From an uncultured bacterium (lineage in GTDB: Bacteria; Krumholzibacteriota; Krumholzibacteriia; LZORAL124-64-63): a stretch of DNA of 64,000 nt. Shown here piece after piece: positions 42,588 through 51,903 of this stretch (positions within the stretch are counted from its first letter, which is position 1; each line of letters begins with the position of its first letter). The translations under genes and the position numbers were made by a program. The notes beneath the pieces are model-generated. The model searched no databases, was not told where the DNA came from, and saw only the letters and a program-made list of their open reading frames with translations. Location: contig CAVSZB010000007.1 in the NCBI GenBank assembly GCA_963732385.1, forward strand, positions 641,685-705,684, written 5' to 3'.

Positions 42588-43090
42588 GTCGCGCACGCCC
42601 TCCCTGCCGCCGCGGCCGGTGAACCGCGTCGCAGCGCGTGGCAGAGCGCGACCGCGAGCGCATCGCTTTCGTCGAGCGATTCCGGTTCGCGCCCGAGACC
42701 CAGCCAGCGACACACCATGAAACGCACCTGCTCCTTCGTGGCGGAGCCGGTCCCGGTGAGGGCGAGTTTCACCTCGCGCGGCGCATACCCGATGATCGGC
42801 AGCCCCTGCTGGGCGCCCGCCAGCAGAATCACGCCGCGAGCATGTCCCAGCACCAGCGAACTGTGCGCGTTTCTGGCGTTGAAAAGACTCTCCACCGCCA
42901 TCTCGGCCGGGGCGTGCGCCGCGATCAGGGCCGCGACCGCCGCGTGGATGACGCGCAGGCGCTCCGGCAACGGCGAGCGCGGATCGGGACGCACCCGCTC
43001 CGCGGCGATCCGGCGCAGACGCCCGCCGCGGAATTCGATCACGCCGCAACCGGTCACTCGCGAACCGGGGTCGATGCCGAGGATCACCAT
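42584..43090 (-). CDS. ruvC: Crossover junction endodeoxyribonuclease RuvC
   Basis: The N-terminus reads MVILGIDPGSRVTGCGV. Confidence 0.9.
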   Translation of the reverse strand: MVILGIDPGSRVTGCGVIEFRGGRLRRIAAERVRPDPRSPLPERLRVIHAAVAALIAAHAPAEMAVESLFNARNAHSSLVLGHARGVILLAGAQQGLPIIGYAPREVKLALTGTGSATKEQVRFMVCRWLGLGREPESLDESDALAVALCHALRRGSPAAAAGRACAT

Positions 43091-43157
43091 GCCACGTGAC
43101 CTCGCCGGCGGCAGGCCGGAGACGGGATGGACGATGCCGGGCCGGACCGCACCGCGA

Positions 43158-43910
43158 CTAGAGATCCGCGTTGAACGCCTTCAGATCGGCATCGTCGATG
43201 TCGAAGTTGGCCGAGACGTTCGCCACGTCGTCGAGATCGTCGAGCGCATTGATCAGCTTCAACAGCGATTCCGCCTCCTCACCGGCCACCTTCACGGAGG
43301 TCTGCGCCACGCGGGTCAGCTCCGACGAGGCTACCGGCAGGCCCTTCTGCTGCAGCGCCTGGGTCACCGGCGGCAACGCTTCCGTGGTTGTCGTGACGAC
43401 GATCTCACCTTCGCCCTCGATCACGTCCTCGGCGCCCGCCTCGATCGCCGCCTCCATGGCGGTCTCGGCATCGCAGCGCCCGGCGTCGATCACTACCTGT
43501 CCCACGCGCTGGAACAGGTAGGAAACACTGCCGAGTCCACCGAGTTTGCCACCGTACTTGGCGAAGCAGTGCCGCACCTCGGCAGCCGTGCGGTTCTTAT
43601 TGTCGGTCTGAGTCTCGACGAGAATCGCCACGCCACCCGGACCGTAGCCTTCGTACTCGATCTCCTCGTAGACCACTCCATCGAGTTCGCCGGTCCCTCG
43701 CTTGATGGCCCGCTCGATCGTGTCCTTGGGCATGTTGGTGGCCTGGGCCGCCAGGACGGCCGCCCGCAGGCGTGAATTGCCCGCCGGATCGCCGCCGCCC
43801 CGCGCGGCGATGGTGACTTCACGGATCTGGCGTGACCAGATCTTGCTGCGCTGCGCGTCCTTCGCGCCCTTCTTGCGTTTGATCGTGCTCCACTTGGAGT
43901 GTCCCGACAT
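43158..43910 (-). CDS. yebC: YebC/PmpR-family transcriptional regulator
   Basis: The N-terminus reads MSGHSKWSTIKRKKGAKDAQRSKIW. Confidence 0.9.
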   Translation of the reverse strand: MSGHSKWSTIKRKKGAKDAQRSKIWSRQIREVTIAARGGGDPAGNSRLRAAVLAAQATNMPKDTIERAIKRGTGELDGVVYEEIEYEGYGPGGVAILVETQTDNKNRTAAEVRHCFAKYGGKLGGLGSVSYLFQRVGQVVIDAGRCDAETAMEAAIEAGAEDVIEGEGEIVVTTTTEALPPVTQALQQKGLPVASSELTRVAQTSVKVAGEEAESLLKLINALDDLDDVANVSANFDIDDADLKAFNADL

Positions 43911-43939
43911 GGTCCGTATCGCTCCTTGTCAGAGCCCGG

Positions 43940-46054
43940 TCAATCCTCTTCCTCGGTGCGGCTCTTGTCGTAGACGTCCATCAGCTTCCGGGCGACGTCG
44001 CCCGGCACTTCATCGTAGTGCGAGAAATCCATGCGGTACACGCCGGTGCCCTGCGTCATCGAGCGCAGCGCAGTCGCGTACTGGTACAGCTCGTCCTGCG
44101 GGATCATGGCCTTCACGACCTGATAGGGGCCGTCGTTCTCCATCCCCTGGATACGGCCGCGACGCGAGGAGATATCGCCCATCACGTCGCCCATGTAGGC
44201 CTCGGGCACCGTGACAGTAACGCTCATGACCGGCTCCAGCAGCATCGGGCCCGCCTCGCGGACCCCTTTCTGGATCGCCTTGCGCGCCGCGATCTTGAAC
44301 GCCGCCTCGCTGGAGTCGACGTTGTGGTAGGAGCCATCGTAGATGGTGGTCCTGATATCGACAACCTCGTAACCGGCCACCACCCCCTGGGTCATGGTTT
44401 CGCGGACCCCCTTCTCAACTGCCGGCACGAACTTGCCCGGCACGACGCCACCGACGATGCCGTTGACGAACTCGAAGCCGGCGCCCCGCGGCTGCGGTTC
44501 GATGCGCAGCCAAACATCGCCGAACTGCCCCCGCCCGCCGGTCTGCTTCTTGTGACGTCCCTGCACCTCGGCCTTGCCGCGCACGGTCTCCCGGAAAGCG
44601 ACCCGGGGGCGCTTGCGCGCCACCTCGACGCCGAACAGTTTCTTCAATCGTTCGAGCAGAAACGCAATCTGGCTCTCGCCCTGCGCGATCAGCAGGGTCT
44701 GGCTCAGGTGCGGTTCGTGGCGGATCGTGAAAGTCGGATCCTCCTCGTGCAGCCTGGTCAGTCCGGAAGACATCTTGTCCTCGTCGCCCGCGGTGAGCGT
44801 GTAGATCGCCTCGGTGGCGGTCGGCATGGGGAATGGGATGGCCGGCAGGGCGATGGCCACGCCGCCGTCGTACAGCGTGCTGCCGAGGGGGCTGCCCTTC
44901 AGCTTCGAGGCGATGACGATGTCGCCGGAGGAGGCCGCCTCGATTTTTTCCCGCTGCTTGCCGAGGGCCACGCTGAGCTGACCGATCCGCTCCTCCGTGC
45001 CGGTGACACTGTTCGTAAGGGAATCGCCGGAAGCGATCGTGCCGCTCCAGACGCGCAGCCAGGTGATGTCGCCCCCCTGCGCCTCGCTCTGCCGCTTGAA
45101 AGCGAAGGCGACCTTCGCGCCGGTCGGCGAGATGTCCATCGTGACGGCATCTTCGTAGCCGGGGCGGTTCCCCTGCAGGGAGGTCCGTATGGCGGGCGCC
45201 GGCAGCAGGCGGACTACCGTCTCGAGCAGCGGCAGCACGCCGACCTCGCTGTCGGCGGCCGTGCAGAGGATCGGGAAAACCTTGCCCGCGACGATCCCGG
45301 CGACCAGTCCCTTCACGACCTCGGCCTCGCTGAGGCTCCCCTGTTCCAGAAACTTCTCCACCAGCACGTCGTCGCTCTCGGCCGCGGCGTTCAGCAGCGC
45401 CTCGCGCGCCTCCGCCACCGCGTCGGCCATGTCCGCCGGCGGCTCGCCCACGATCGCCTTGCCACCGGACCAGGAATGGGCCTTCTGCGTGATCAGGTCG
45501 ACGACTCCCTTGAATGCCTCCCCTTCGCCGATCGGCAACTGCACCGGCACGGCGCCCGCGCCCGCCCGGGCCTGGATCCCGTGCACCGCATCCGCGAAAT
45601 GCGAATGCTCCTTGTTCATGCGATTGAGCACGATGAGGGTCGGTATGCCATGCGCGCGCAGCACCCGCCAGAGCGCCTCGCTGGGAACCTCGAGGCCGCC
45701 GTCACCTTTGACAAGGAACAGCGCCGACTCGCACACCTCCAGCGCGGCGAAAACGTCGCCCCGAAAGTCGTCCTGCCCCGGCGTGTCGATGAGGTTGATC
45801 TTGACCCCCCCGACCTCGGTCCACCCCAGGCTGGCGCTGATGGTCTGCTTCCGCTCGATCTCTTCATCGTGGTAGTCGAATACCGACGAGCCGTCGTCGA
45901 TGTTGCCACGCCGCCCCACCTTGCCGGTCACGTGCAGGATCGCGTCGGCCAGGCTGGTCTTGCCGACTCCCCGCGGCCCGGTGAGGACGATGTTGCGGAT
46001 CTTGTCCAGCGCGAAGGTTTTCAAGCTCTTTCCTCCCGACGGCAGGATGCGCAT
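43940..46054 (-). CDS. Elongation factor G paralogue (EF-G2-like translational GTPase)
   Basis: The domain order matches EF-G and it is 704 aa. The G1 motif is divergent (GPRGVGKTSL instead of AHIDAGKT). DTPGQDDF (G3) is present. Confidence 0.85.
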   Translation of the reverse strand: MRILPSGGKSLKTFALDKIRNIVLTGPRGVGKTSLADAILHVTGKVGRRGNIDDGSSVFDYHDEEIERKQTISASLGWTEVGGVKINLIDTPGQDDFRGDVFAALEVCESALFLVKGDGGLEVPSEALWRVLRAHGIPTLIVLNRMNKEHSHFADAVHGIQARAGAGAVPVQLPIGEGEAFKGVVDLITQKAHSWSGGKAIVGEPPADMADAVAEAREALLNAAAESDDVLVEKFLEQGSLSEAEVVKGLVAGIVAGKVFPILCTAADSEVGVLPLLETVVRLLPAPAIRTSLQGNRPGYEDAVTMDISPTGAKVAFAFKRQSEAQGGDITWLRVWSGTIASGDSLTNSVTGTEERIGQLSVALGKQREKIEAASSGDIVIASKLKGSPLGSTLYDGGVAIALPAIPFPMPTATEAIYTLTAGDEDKMSSGLTRLHEEDPTFTIRHEPHLSQTLLIAQGESQIAFLLERLKKLFGVEVARKRPRVAFRETVRGKAEVQGRHKKQTGGRGQFGDVWLRIEPQPRGAGFEFVNGIVGGVVPGKFVPAVEKGVRETMTQGVVAGYEVVDIRTTIYDGSYHNVDSSEAAFKIAARKAIQKGVREAGPMLLEPVMSVTVTVPEAYMGDVMGDISSRRGRIQGMENDGPYQVVKAMIPQDELYQYATALRSMTQGTGVYRMDFSHYDEVPGDVARKLMDVYDKSRTEEED

Positions 46055-46427
46055 GACCGGCGCCCCCTTGGCGGCGCCGCGGAGCCCGCGCGTGGCGGAC
46101 CCGGAGATAAACGTGAAATGTTAGCCCGACGCTCCGGCCGTGTCAATTGGCCTCCGCCGAACCGCCCCAACCTCCGCCCCGCCCCCGTCCGTCGCCTGCC
46201 GGACCGGCGAGCGGAACCTTGTGACACCCGCGGGGAATCCGTATGTTCAGGCGATGGCGCCGGGGCACAAAGTCCTGGACACCAATGAAGGCGGAAGTTA
46301 ACGTTCATCACTGCGGGTTGGACCTGTGCACCAGCCCGGTTCAACCGCCCCACCTGAACCCTCCGACCCGTCTCACGCGGCGGTCAGGGTGACGATGCGG
46401 TCGATGACAATCCACTCGAGGTGTGGT

Positions 46428-47225
46428 ATGCAGCGGAAGCTTCTCCCGGTTATCCTGTGGGCCGCCTCCCTCCTTCTTCTCGCATCGCCGGATGTGCGCG
46501 CCCAGACCGAAGCTCCGGATGCCAGCGGTGCCGAGGTGCCGGAGGTGAACTACCGGCTCAAGAAGATTGCCCTGACGCTCTATGGCGGCACCTTCTCCGG
46601 CGGGACCTTCTTGGAACTTCCGAGCACGGGTCCACGCACCCGGTTCGAAGATGGATCAGACCCCATCTACCGCTACGACGGTCTCCCGTTCACCGCGCTC
46701 GACGGTGATTTCTACTCGGCGCCCCGCAAGGAGATCGAATCCAGCACCCAGATCGGCGCCGCGATCGGCTTCTATCTTTCCGACCAGTTCCATCTCGACC
46801 TGCAACTGGCGACGGCCGCTTCCCGGGCTACGACAACATTCCTTTTCGCCGATCCGCTCACGCTTGAAGCGGACACCGTCCGGATCCAGGTCGACGAGGA
46901 CCCCGGCTTCAGGACGATGATGGGCGGCGCCAGCCTCGCCTTCGACGCGACATCTCTCTCGGTCGCCGGCATCACCCCGGTCGCCAGTTGCGCGATCGGC
47001 GGCATCATCAACCGCTTCACCCAACTCGAGGACAAGACCGCCCTCTACTTCCAGGTTGGGATCGGTTTCTACCATGACTTCGGTCCGAAGATGCGCCTGT
47101 CCACTCAGTTCGCGGCGACGACCTTCAGTTTCGACCGCGAGGAGCTGGTTTACGGCGAGCGGGTCACCTACACCAACATCTCGCTCGGGCTGGCCTACCT
47201 CGTCGATATGATTCCGGGCGACTGA
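46428..47225 (+). CDS. Exported hypothetical protein (possible small beta-barrel)
   Basis: A signal peptide MQRKLLPVILWAASLLLLASPDVRAQ is followed by alternating amphipathic strands. It is 266 aa. It is the only plus-strand gene in this neighbourhood. Confidence 0.55.
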   Translation: MQRKLLPVILWAASLLLLASPDVRAQTEAPDASGAEVPEVNYRLKKIALTLYGGTFSGGTFLELPSTGPRTRFEDGSDPIYRYDGLPFTALDGDFYSAPRKEIESSTQIGAAIGFYLSDQFHLDLQLATAASRATTTFLFADPLTLEADTVRIQVDEDPGFRTMMGGASLAFDATSLSVAGITPVASCAIGGIINRFTQLEDKTALYFQVGIGFYHDFGPKMRLSTQFAATTFSFDREELVYGERVTYTNISLGLAYLVDMIPGD

Positions 47226-47257
47226 GTCCGGTCAGCTACTCGCGCCGGCGCTGAACA

Positions 47258-47293
47258 GGAAACCGCCGCGGCCCCGGGGCCACGGCGGTTTTT
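47258..47293. terminator. Probable bidirectional intrinsic terminator between convergent genes
   Basis: A GC-rich hairpin ACCGCCGCGGCC..GGCCACGGCGGT is flanked by AAA on one side and TTTTT on the other. Confidence 0.6.
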
Positions 47294-47316
47294 AACCAAC
47301 AGGACCAGAATCAGCC

Positions 47317-47505
47317 CTACTTCTTCTTAGCGACCTTCTTCTTGGCCTTCTTGGCGACCTTCTTCTTGGCCTTCTTGGCGACCTTCTTCGCGACCTTCTT
47401 CTTCGCGACCTTCTTGGCCACCTTCTTCTTCGCGACCTTCTTGGCCACCTTCTTCTTCGCCTTCTTCTTCGGGGCTGCAGCCTTCATGTTCATTCTCTCC
47501 TCCAT
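47317..47505 (-). CDS. Lys/Ala-repeat histone-H1-like small basic protein
   Basis: The sequence is KKKAKKKVAKKVAKKKVAKKVAKK..., encoded by 12-15-nt tandem DNA repeats. ATG candidates lie at 47505, 47493 and 47487 with a GGAGGAG nearby. Confidence 0.7.
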   Translation of the reverse strand: MEERMNMKAAAPKKKAKKKVAKKVAKKKVAKKVAKKKVAKKVAKKAKKKVAKKAKKKVAKKK

Positions 47506-48265
47506 CTCGGACCTCACTTTGTGACAGGGACTCCGTTTGCCTGCCCCGCCGCACCCTGCGGGTCAGGCCCGTCACCGCTCGCCAGGGCACGCCACATCCG
47601 CTGCTCGACTCCAGAGCAATCGCTGCGTCCGCGGCGCCGCCCACATCATCGCCCCGGTGAATCCGGGTCGGCTCGCGATGGCGGCTCTCCTGGCAGGGGC
47701 TCGAACACTCCGACACGACAGCCCCTGCACAATCGGACTCAGTATTCGGATGACGCGAAATCGTGTCAACAAAAAATGAAGACAAGCTCACCTTTTTTGT
47801 TGCGCGCCATCGGACGTCCATCGTGCCGCGCGTGTGCATGACGCTCGACGCACGCGCGCCTCATCCAGCAACGCTCGACCCGCGTGCGCATCACGCGCGC
47901 CATACTCCCATCACCTCCTCTCCATCCCTCGACCCCGCGCGCAGCGTCATTTCACGCGCACCGGTGCTGCGCGCCAATCACCGAGCAACGATACGCCGGC
48001 ACTGCGCCAACGCGCATCAGCCGCCGGCGAATCGCATGACGACAGAGGATCCGCCGGAAACGATCCCTGTCTCGAACAGCACGATGACCCGGCGTGGCGG
48101 ACCGCGTTGCGCGTTGCGCGTTGCCGATTTTGAAGTGGGAGAAATGCCGCCGGCCCGACGGCGAGGAGTAGCCTGGTATTCCTGAAGTCCAGGATCGAGA
48201 CGGGGCAACGCTGGCGCAATCGTCGGTTTCGCGGGCACGGCCAGAGACATCACCGGACTCACCCG

Positions 48266-48300
48266 AAAAAGCGCGGGGCCGCCTCACGACGGCCCCGCGC
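48266..48300 (-). terminator. Rho-independent terminator downstream of tRNA-Leu
   Basis: A perfect 11-bp stem GCGCGGGGCCG/CGGCCCCGCGC with an 8-nt loop is followed by UUUUU on the minus strand. Confidence 0.7.
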
Positions 48301-48307
48301 TCTGATC

Positions 48308-48392
48308 TGGTGCCCGGGGCGGGATTTGAACCCGCACGACTTTCGCCACTGCCCCCTCAAGACAGCGTGTCTACCAATTCCACCACCCGGGC
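48308..48392 (-). tRNA. tRNA-Leu (anticodon GAG), CCA encoded
   Basis: I folded it by hand as GCCCGGG / D-arm GTGG-AATTGGTAGA-CAC / anticodon stem CTGTC-TTGAGGG-GGCAG / long variable arm / T-arm GCGGG-TTCAAAT-CCCGC / CCCGGGC-ACCA. Confidence 0.9.
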
Positions 48393-48412
48393 CACGCTGG
48401 ACCGGACCGCCT

Positions 48413-48775
48413 TCAGCGACCCGGCGGGGTTTCGGCCGGCTGCCCGGCGGGCTGTCCCGTCGGAGCCACGGGCGCCGGCGACTGCGAGGCCGCTCCGCGA
48501 GCAGCCTCCCTCACCACGGAATGGCCGCTGGTCGCGCCGCGCTGGGCCGACAGCCCGAACAACAGCGCGGAGGTGATGAAGAAGCCCGCGGCCAGATAGA
48601 TCGTCAGCTTGTGCAGAATGGTCGTCATGCCGCGGCTGCCGAAAATCTGCTGCGGCAGTCCGCCACCGCCGCCGAAAGCTCCCGCCAGGCCGCTGCCCTT
48701 GCTGGATTGCAGCAGCACCACCACACACAGCACGACGCTGACCAGGATGTGGAGAATCAGAATGATTGTGTACAT
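48413..48775 (-). CDS. secG: Preprotein translocase subunit SecG
   Basis: The sequence MYTIILILHILVSVVLCVVVLLQSSKGSGLAGAFGGGG...QIFGSRG, with two TM segments, is present. Confidence 0.85.
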   Translation of the reverse strand: MYTIILILHILVSVVLCVVVLLQSSKGSGLAGAFGGGGGLPQQIFGSRGMTTILHKLTIYLAAGFFITSALLFGLSAQRGATSGHSVVREAARGAASQSPAPVAPTGQPAGQPAETPPGR

Positions 48776-48894
48776 CCGCTCGCGCTCCCGACGATTGGCG
48801 GCCGCGGCCGCAATACAAAAGCCCCCGGTGCGCACCGGCGGCGGCTGGTTAAAATAGCACCCACCCATACATCTGTCAATGCGCCACGCAACTC

Positions 48895-50097
48895 TCAGGC
48901 TGGCGAGAGCGCCGTCACCCCCGGGAGTTCCATGCCGGCCATGAACTCGAGGGAGGCGCCGCCGCCCGTCGAAACATGCGTGATCCGGTCCGCCAGACCG
49001 AGCTGATTGAGGGCCGACACGGAATCGCCCCCGCCGACCACCGAAAGGGCGCCGGCGTCGGTGGCGCCGGCGATCGCCTCGCCCATGGCGCGGGTGCCTT
49101 GCGCGAAGGCCGGAATTTCGAACACGCCGACCGGTCCATTCCAGAAGATCGCGCGGGCCCCGCCCAGGATCCGGCAGTAGCGGGCTATGGTCTGGGATCC
49201 GATGTCGAGCCCCTGCCAGCCTTCGGGAATGTCGGTGACAAGGACCTCGCGCCGTCGCGCCGATTCGCTGAAGTCATCGGCGATCAGGCAGTCCTCGGGC
49301 AGGACCAGCTGACCGCGCGAAGTCTTCGCCTGCTCGACGATCTGGCGCGCCACTTCGAGGCTGCCGGCATCGACAAGACTCTTGCCCACGCTTAGTCCGC
49401 GCACCGTGAGGAAGGTGAAGATCATGCCGCCGCCCAGCAGCAGCGTGTCCACGCGAGACAAAAGGCTCTGGATCACCTCGACCTTGCCCTTCACCTTGGC
49501 GCCGCCGAGCAGCGCCACGAAGGGGCGGGGCGGATCGGCCAGCAGGGAGCCGAGATGCTCCAGTTCCTTCTCCATCAGGAAACCGGCGTAGCGGCGGTCG
49601 AAGTGCGCCGCCACCCCGACCGTCGAGGCGTGCGCACGATGCGCGGCGCCGAAGGCGTCGTTGACATACGCGTCCCCCAGCCGCGCCAGGGCCGCCGCGC
49701 AGGCGGGATCGTTCTTCGTCTCACCACTCTCGAAGCGCAGGTTCTCCAGCAGCAGCACTTCGCCCGGCGCCAGCCGCGCCGCCTGGGCCGCGGCATCGGG
49801 ACCGGCCGCGTCGGCGGCGAAGCGGACCGGCGCCCCCACCAGTTCCGCGAGGCGATCAGCCACGGGGCGTAAGGAATAGGCCGGGTCAGGCGCCCCTTTC
49901 GGCCGTCCCAGATGGCTCATCAGCACGACGCTGCCGCCTCCGGCCAGGACATGCCGGATCGACGGCAGACTCGCCACGATCCGCGTTTCATCCGTGATGC
50001 GGCGATCCGGGTCGAGCGGCACGTTGAAATCCACGCGCATCAGGACCCGCTGGCCGCGGGGGTCGAGCTGGCGCAGGCTCAGCTTGGGGCTGATCAA
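48895..50097 (-). CDS. pgk: Phosphoglycerate kinase
   Basis: The N-terminus RVLMRVDFNVPLD and a full-length 400-aa PGK are present. Confidence 0.95.
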   Translation of the reverse strand: MISPKLSLRQLDPRGQRVLMRVDFNVPLDPDRRITDETRIVASLPSIRHVLAGGGSVVLMSHLGRPKGAPDPAYSLRPVADRLAELVGAPVRFAADAAGPDAAAQAARLAPGEVLLLENLRFESGETKNDPACAAALARLGDAYVNDAFGAAHRAHASTVGVAAHFDRRYAGFLMEKELEHLGSLLADPPRPFVALLGGAKVKGKVEVIQSLLSRVDTLLLGGGMIFTFLTVRGLSVGKSLVDAGSLEVARQIVEQAKTSRGQLVLPEDCLIADDFSESARRREVLVTDIPEGWQGLDIGSQTIARYCRILGGARAIFWNGPVGVFEIPAFAQGTRAMGEAIAGATDAGALSVVGGGDSVSALNQLGLADRITHVSTGGGASLEFMAGMELPGVTALSPA

Positions 50098-50201
50098 GTT
50101 CGCGTCCTCCTGTTGACGGATCGGGGCGATGCTTCCCGCCTGGTCCCGAACATCCTCACAATTCGTAACTCATTGTCATGAAGAACTCTACGCGCGAAAT
50201 C

Positions 50202-51002
50202 CTAGGCTGGCTCCGCGCGACTGTCAAGCCACGTTTCCTGGGCCACCTCACCGCAGGCGGCGCCGATCCCGGCCACGATCGCCCCGGCAACATCCCAACC
50301 GGCGTCCCGCAACGCCCCCGCGACAGCGGTCAGCGTCTGGCCGCTCGTAGCCAGGTCGTCCACCAGCAACAGCGCGGGCGAGCCGGTCGGCGCAGGAGCG
50401 GCCGCGAAAGCCCCCGTCACGTTGGCGCGCCGCGCCGCTAGCGACGAGGCGATCTTCGCCTGCTGAGGCGTCGGGCGGGCCCGGCGCACGATCCGCTCGG
50501 CAGTCGGGCAGCCGAGACGCGCCGCCAGCAGGCGCGCCAGCAGATCGGCCTGGTTGAAGCCACGTTCCTGGCGGCGCGCGGGGTGCAGCGGCACCGGCAC
50601 GAGCGCGGCGCCGCCCCCGGGAGCGGGCAACAGCGCCGTGGCCGGCGCGGCCACCGCGGCCAGCCCCCACGCCGCACCGCGCACGCCGTGATACTTGAGG
50701 GCGCCGGCGAGCGCCACCAGTTCCGGACTTTCCGCGCGCCCCGCCGCGACCGGGAGCGATCCGCCGGCCTCCAGCGGCACCTCGTGCCGTCGCGGTTCAC
50801 CGACGAGACGCGCCTGGCATCGCCCGCAGAGATGGGGCAGATCCCAGGCGCGCAAACCCGGCACCCGCGCGCCGCACGGGGCCCACGGAGCGCTGCCAGC
50901 CGCGATACCGCAGAGGACGCAGCACTCCGGCCAGAGAAGATCGACCAGCGCCCGCGCCGGCCAGGCAACGGCAGCCGACCAGTTCGCGCAACCGCTGCGC
51001 AC
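50202..51002 (-). CDS. ComF-family phosphoribosyltransferase-domain protein
   Basis: An N-terminal double zinc ribbon (CxxC...C..C) is followed by the PRTase motif LLLVDDLATSGQTL. Confidence 0.8.
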   Translation of the reverse strand: MRSGCANWSAAVAWPARALVDLLWPECCVLCGIAAGSAPWAPCGARVPGLRAWDLPHLCGRCQARLVGEPRRHEVPLEAGGSLPVAAGRAESPELVALAGALKYHGVRGAAWGLAAVAAPATALLPAPGGGAALVPVPLHPARRQERGFNQADLLARLLAARLGCPTAERIVRRARPTPQQAKIASSLAARRANVTGAFAAAPAPTGSPALLLVDDLATSGQTLTAVAGALRDAGWDVAGAIVAGIGAACGEVAQETWLDSRAEPA

Positions 51003-51005
51003 GCG

Positions 51006-51845
51006 TTACGCCCTGTCCGACCGCGCGAGCGCGACGCGCATGGCATCCCACGGCACCGGTTCGCCGAACCACCAGGCGAACGCCAGTCCACCCTGCGCGA
51101 GCAGGACGGAGCGGCCGTCCAGGAACGGCACCGGAGACCGCGGCTCAATCGGCAGGGCCGCGCCGTACCGCAGATCCAGCACCAGGGAGGGCACGGCACG
51201 CGCCCGCTCGGGCAACCGCGCCGCTACCGGGACGCCGGCGGGCAGCGAGACCAGCCAGACCGCTGTTTCGCCGGGACACGGTCCACCCCCGCCGTCGAGC
51301 AGATCGACCCCCACCGCGGCAACGCCCGGCGTACCGCAGCCGTCGAGCCAGCCGCGGAAGCGATGCATCCCCTCCACCGTCCGGGCCCGGGCCACGATCC
51401 GACGCGTCCCCCAGGCGAGCAGCGTCAGCACGGCCGCGCGGGCCGCGCCGCCCGTGCCGAGCACCGTGCCATAGTCGGGCGGCGCCGGCGCGGTCCAGCC
51501 CTGCGCCAATGCCGCGCGCATCCCTCCGAGATCGGTGTTGTGTCCCTGCCACCGCGATCCCGACACCCGCACCGTGTTGACGGCGCCCGCGTGCGCCGCC
51601 TCGGGCGTGAGTTCGTCGCTCAGGCCGGCGGCCTCCTCTTTGAGCGGAGCGGTGACGTTGAACCCGGCGAGACCCGGCGCGTGGTCGGGCTGTTTCAGCG
51701 CGGCGAGACCGCCCGCGGCCACTTCGATCGCACGGTAGTCGTGCGGAAGACCCCGCGCCCGCAGCGCCGCCCCCTGCATCACCGGCGACAGGGAATGGGC
51801 GACCGGATCCCCCACCACGGCGAAAAAAGGCGCGTCCGGCAACCA
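51006..51845 (-). CDS. aroE: Shikimate dehydrogenase
   Basis: Motifs FAVVGDPVAHSLSPVMQ, FNVTAPLKE and GTGGAARA (NADP-binding) are present. The start is approximate. Confidence 0.85.
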   Translation of the reverse strand, partial: WLPDAPFFAVVGDPVAHSLSPVMQGAALRARGLPHDYRAIEVAAGGLAALKQPDHAPGLAGFNVTAPLKEEAAGLSDELTPEAAHAGAVNTVRVSGSRWQGHNTDLGGMRAALAQGWTAPAPPDYGTVLGTGGAARAAVLTLLAWGTRRIVARARTVEGMHRFRGWLDGCGTPGVAAVGVDLLDGGGGPCPGETAVWLVSLPAGVPVAARLPERARAVPSLVLDLRYGAALPIEPRSPVPFLDGRSVLLAQGGLAFAWWFGEPVPWDAMRVALARSDRA

Positions 51846-51903
51846 CGGCGCGCCGTCCCACCACCAGCCGCCGCCCGGCGCCAGCGTGAGCGGGCCCGAC
51901 CGC

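Noticed and set aside
47841-47955. Possible CRISPR array from CTCGAC...CGCGCGC repeats
   Set aside because: There are only three copies. They are degenerate, with irregular spacing of 30 and 55 nt, and there are no cas genes nearby.
48308-48392. Integrase or prophage adjacent to tRNA-Leu
   Set aside because: No integrase, recombinase or phage gene lies within 2 kb on either side. Only the noncoding islet and two small genes are present.
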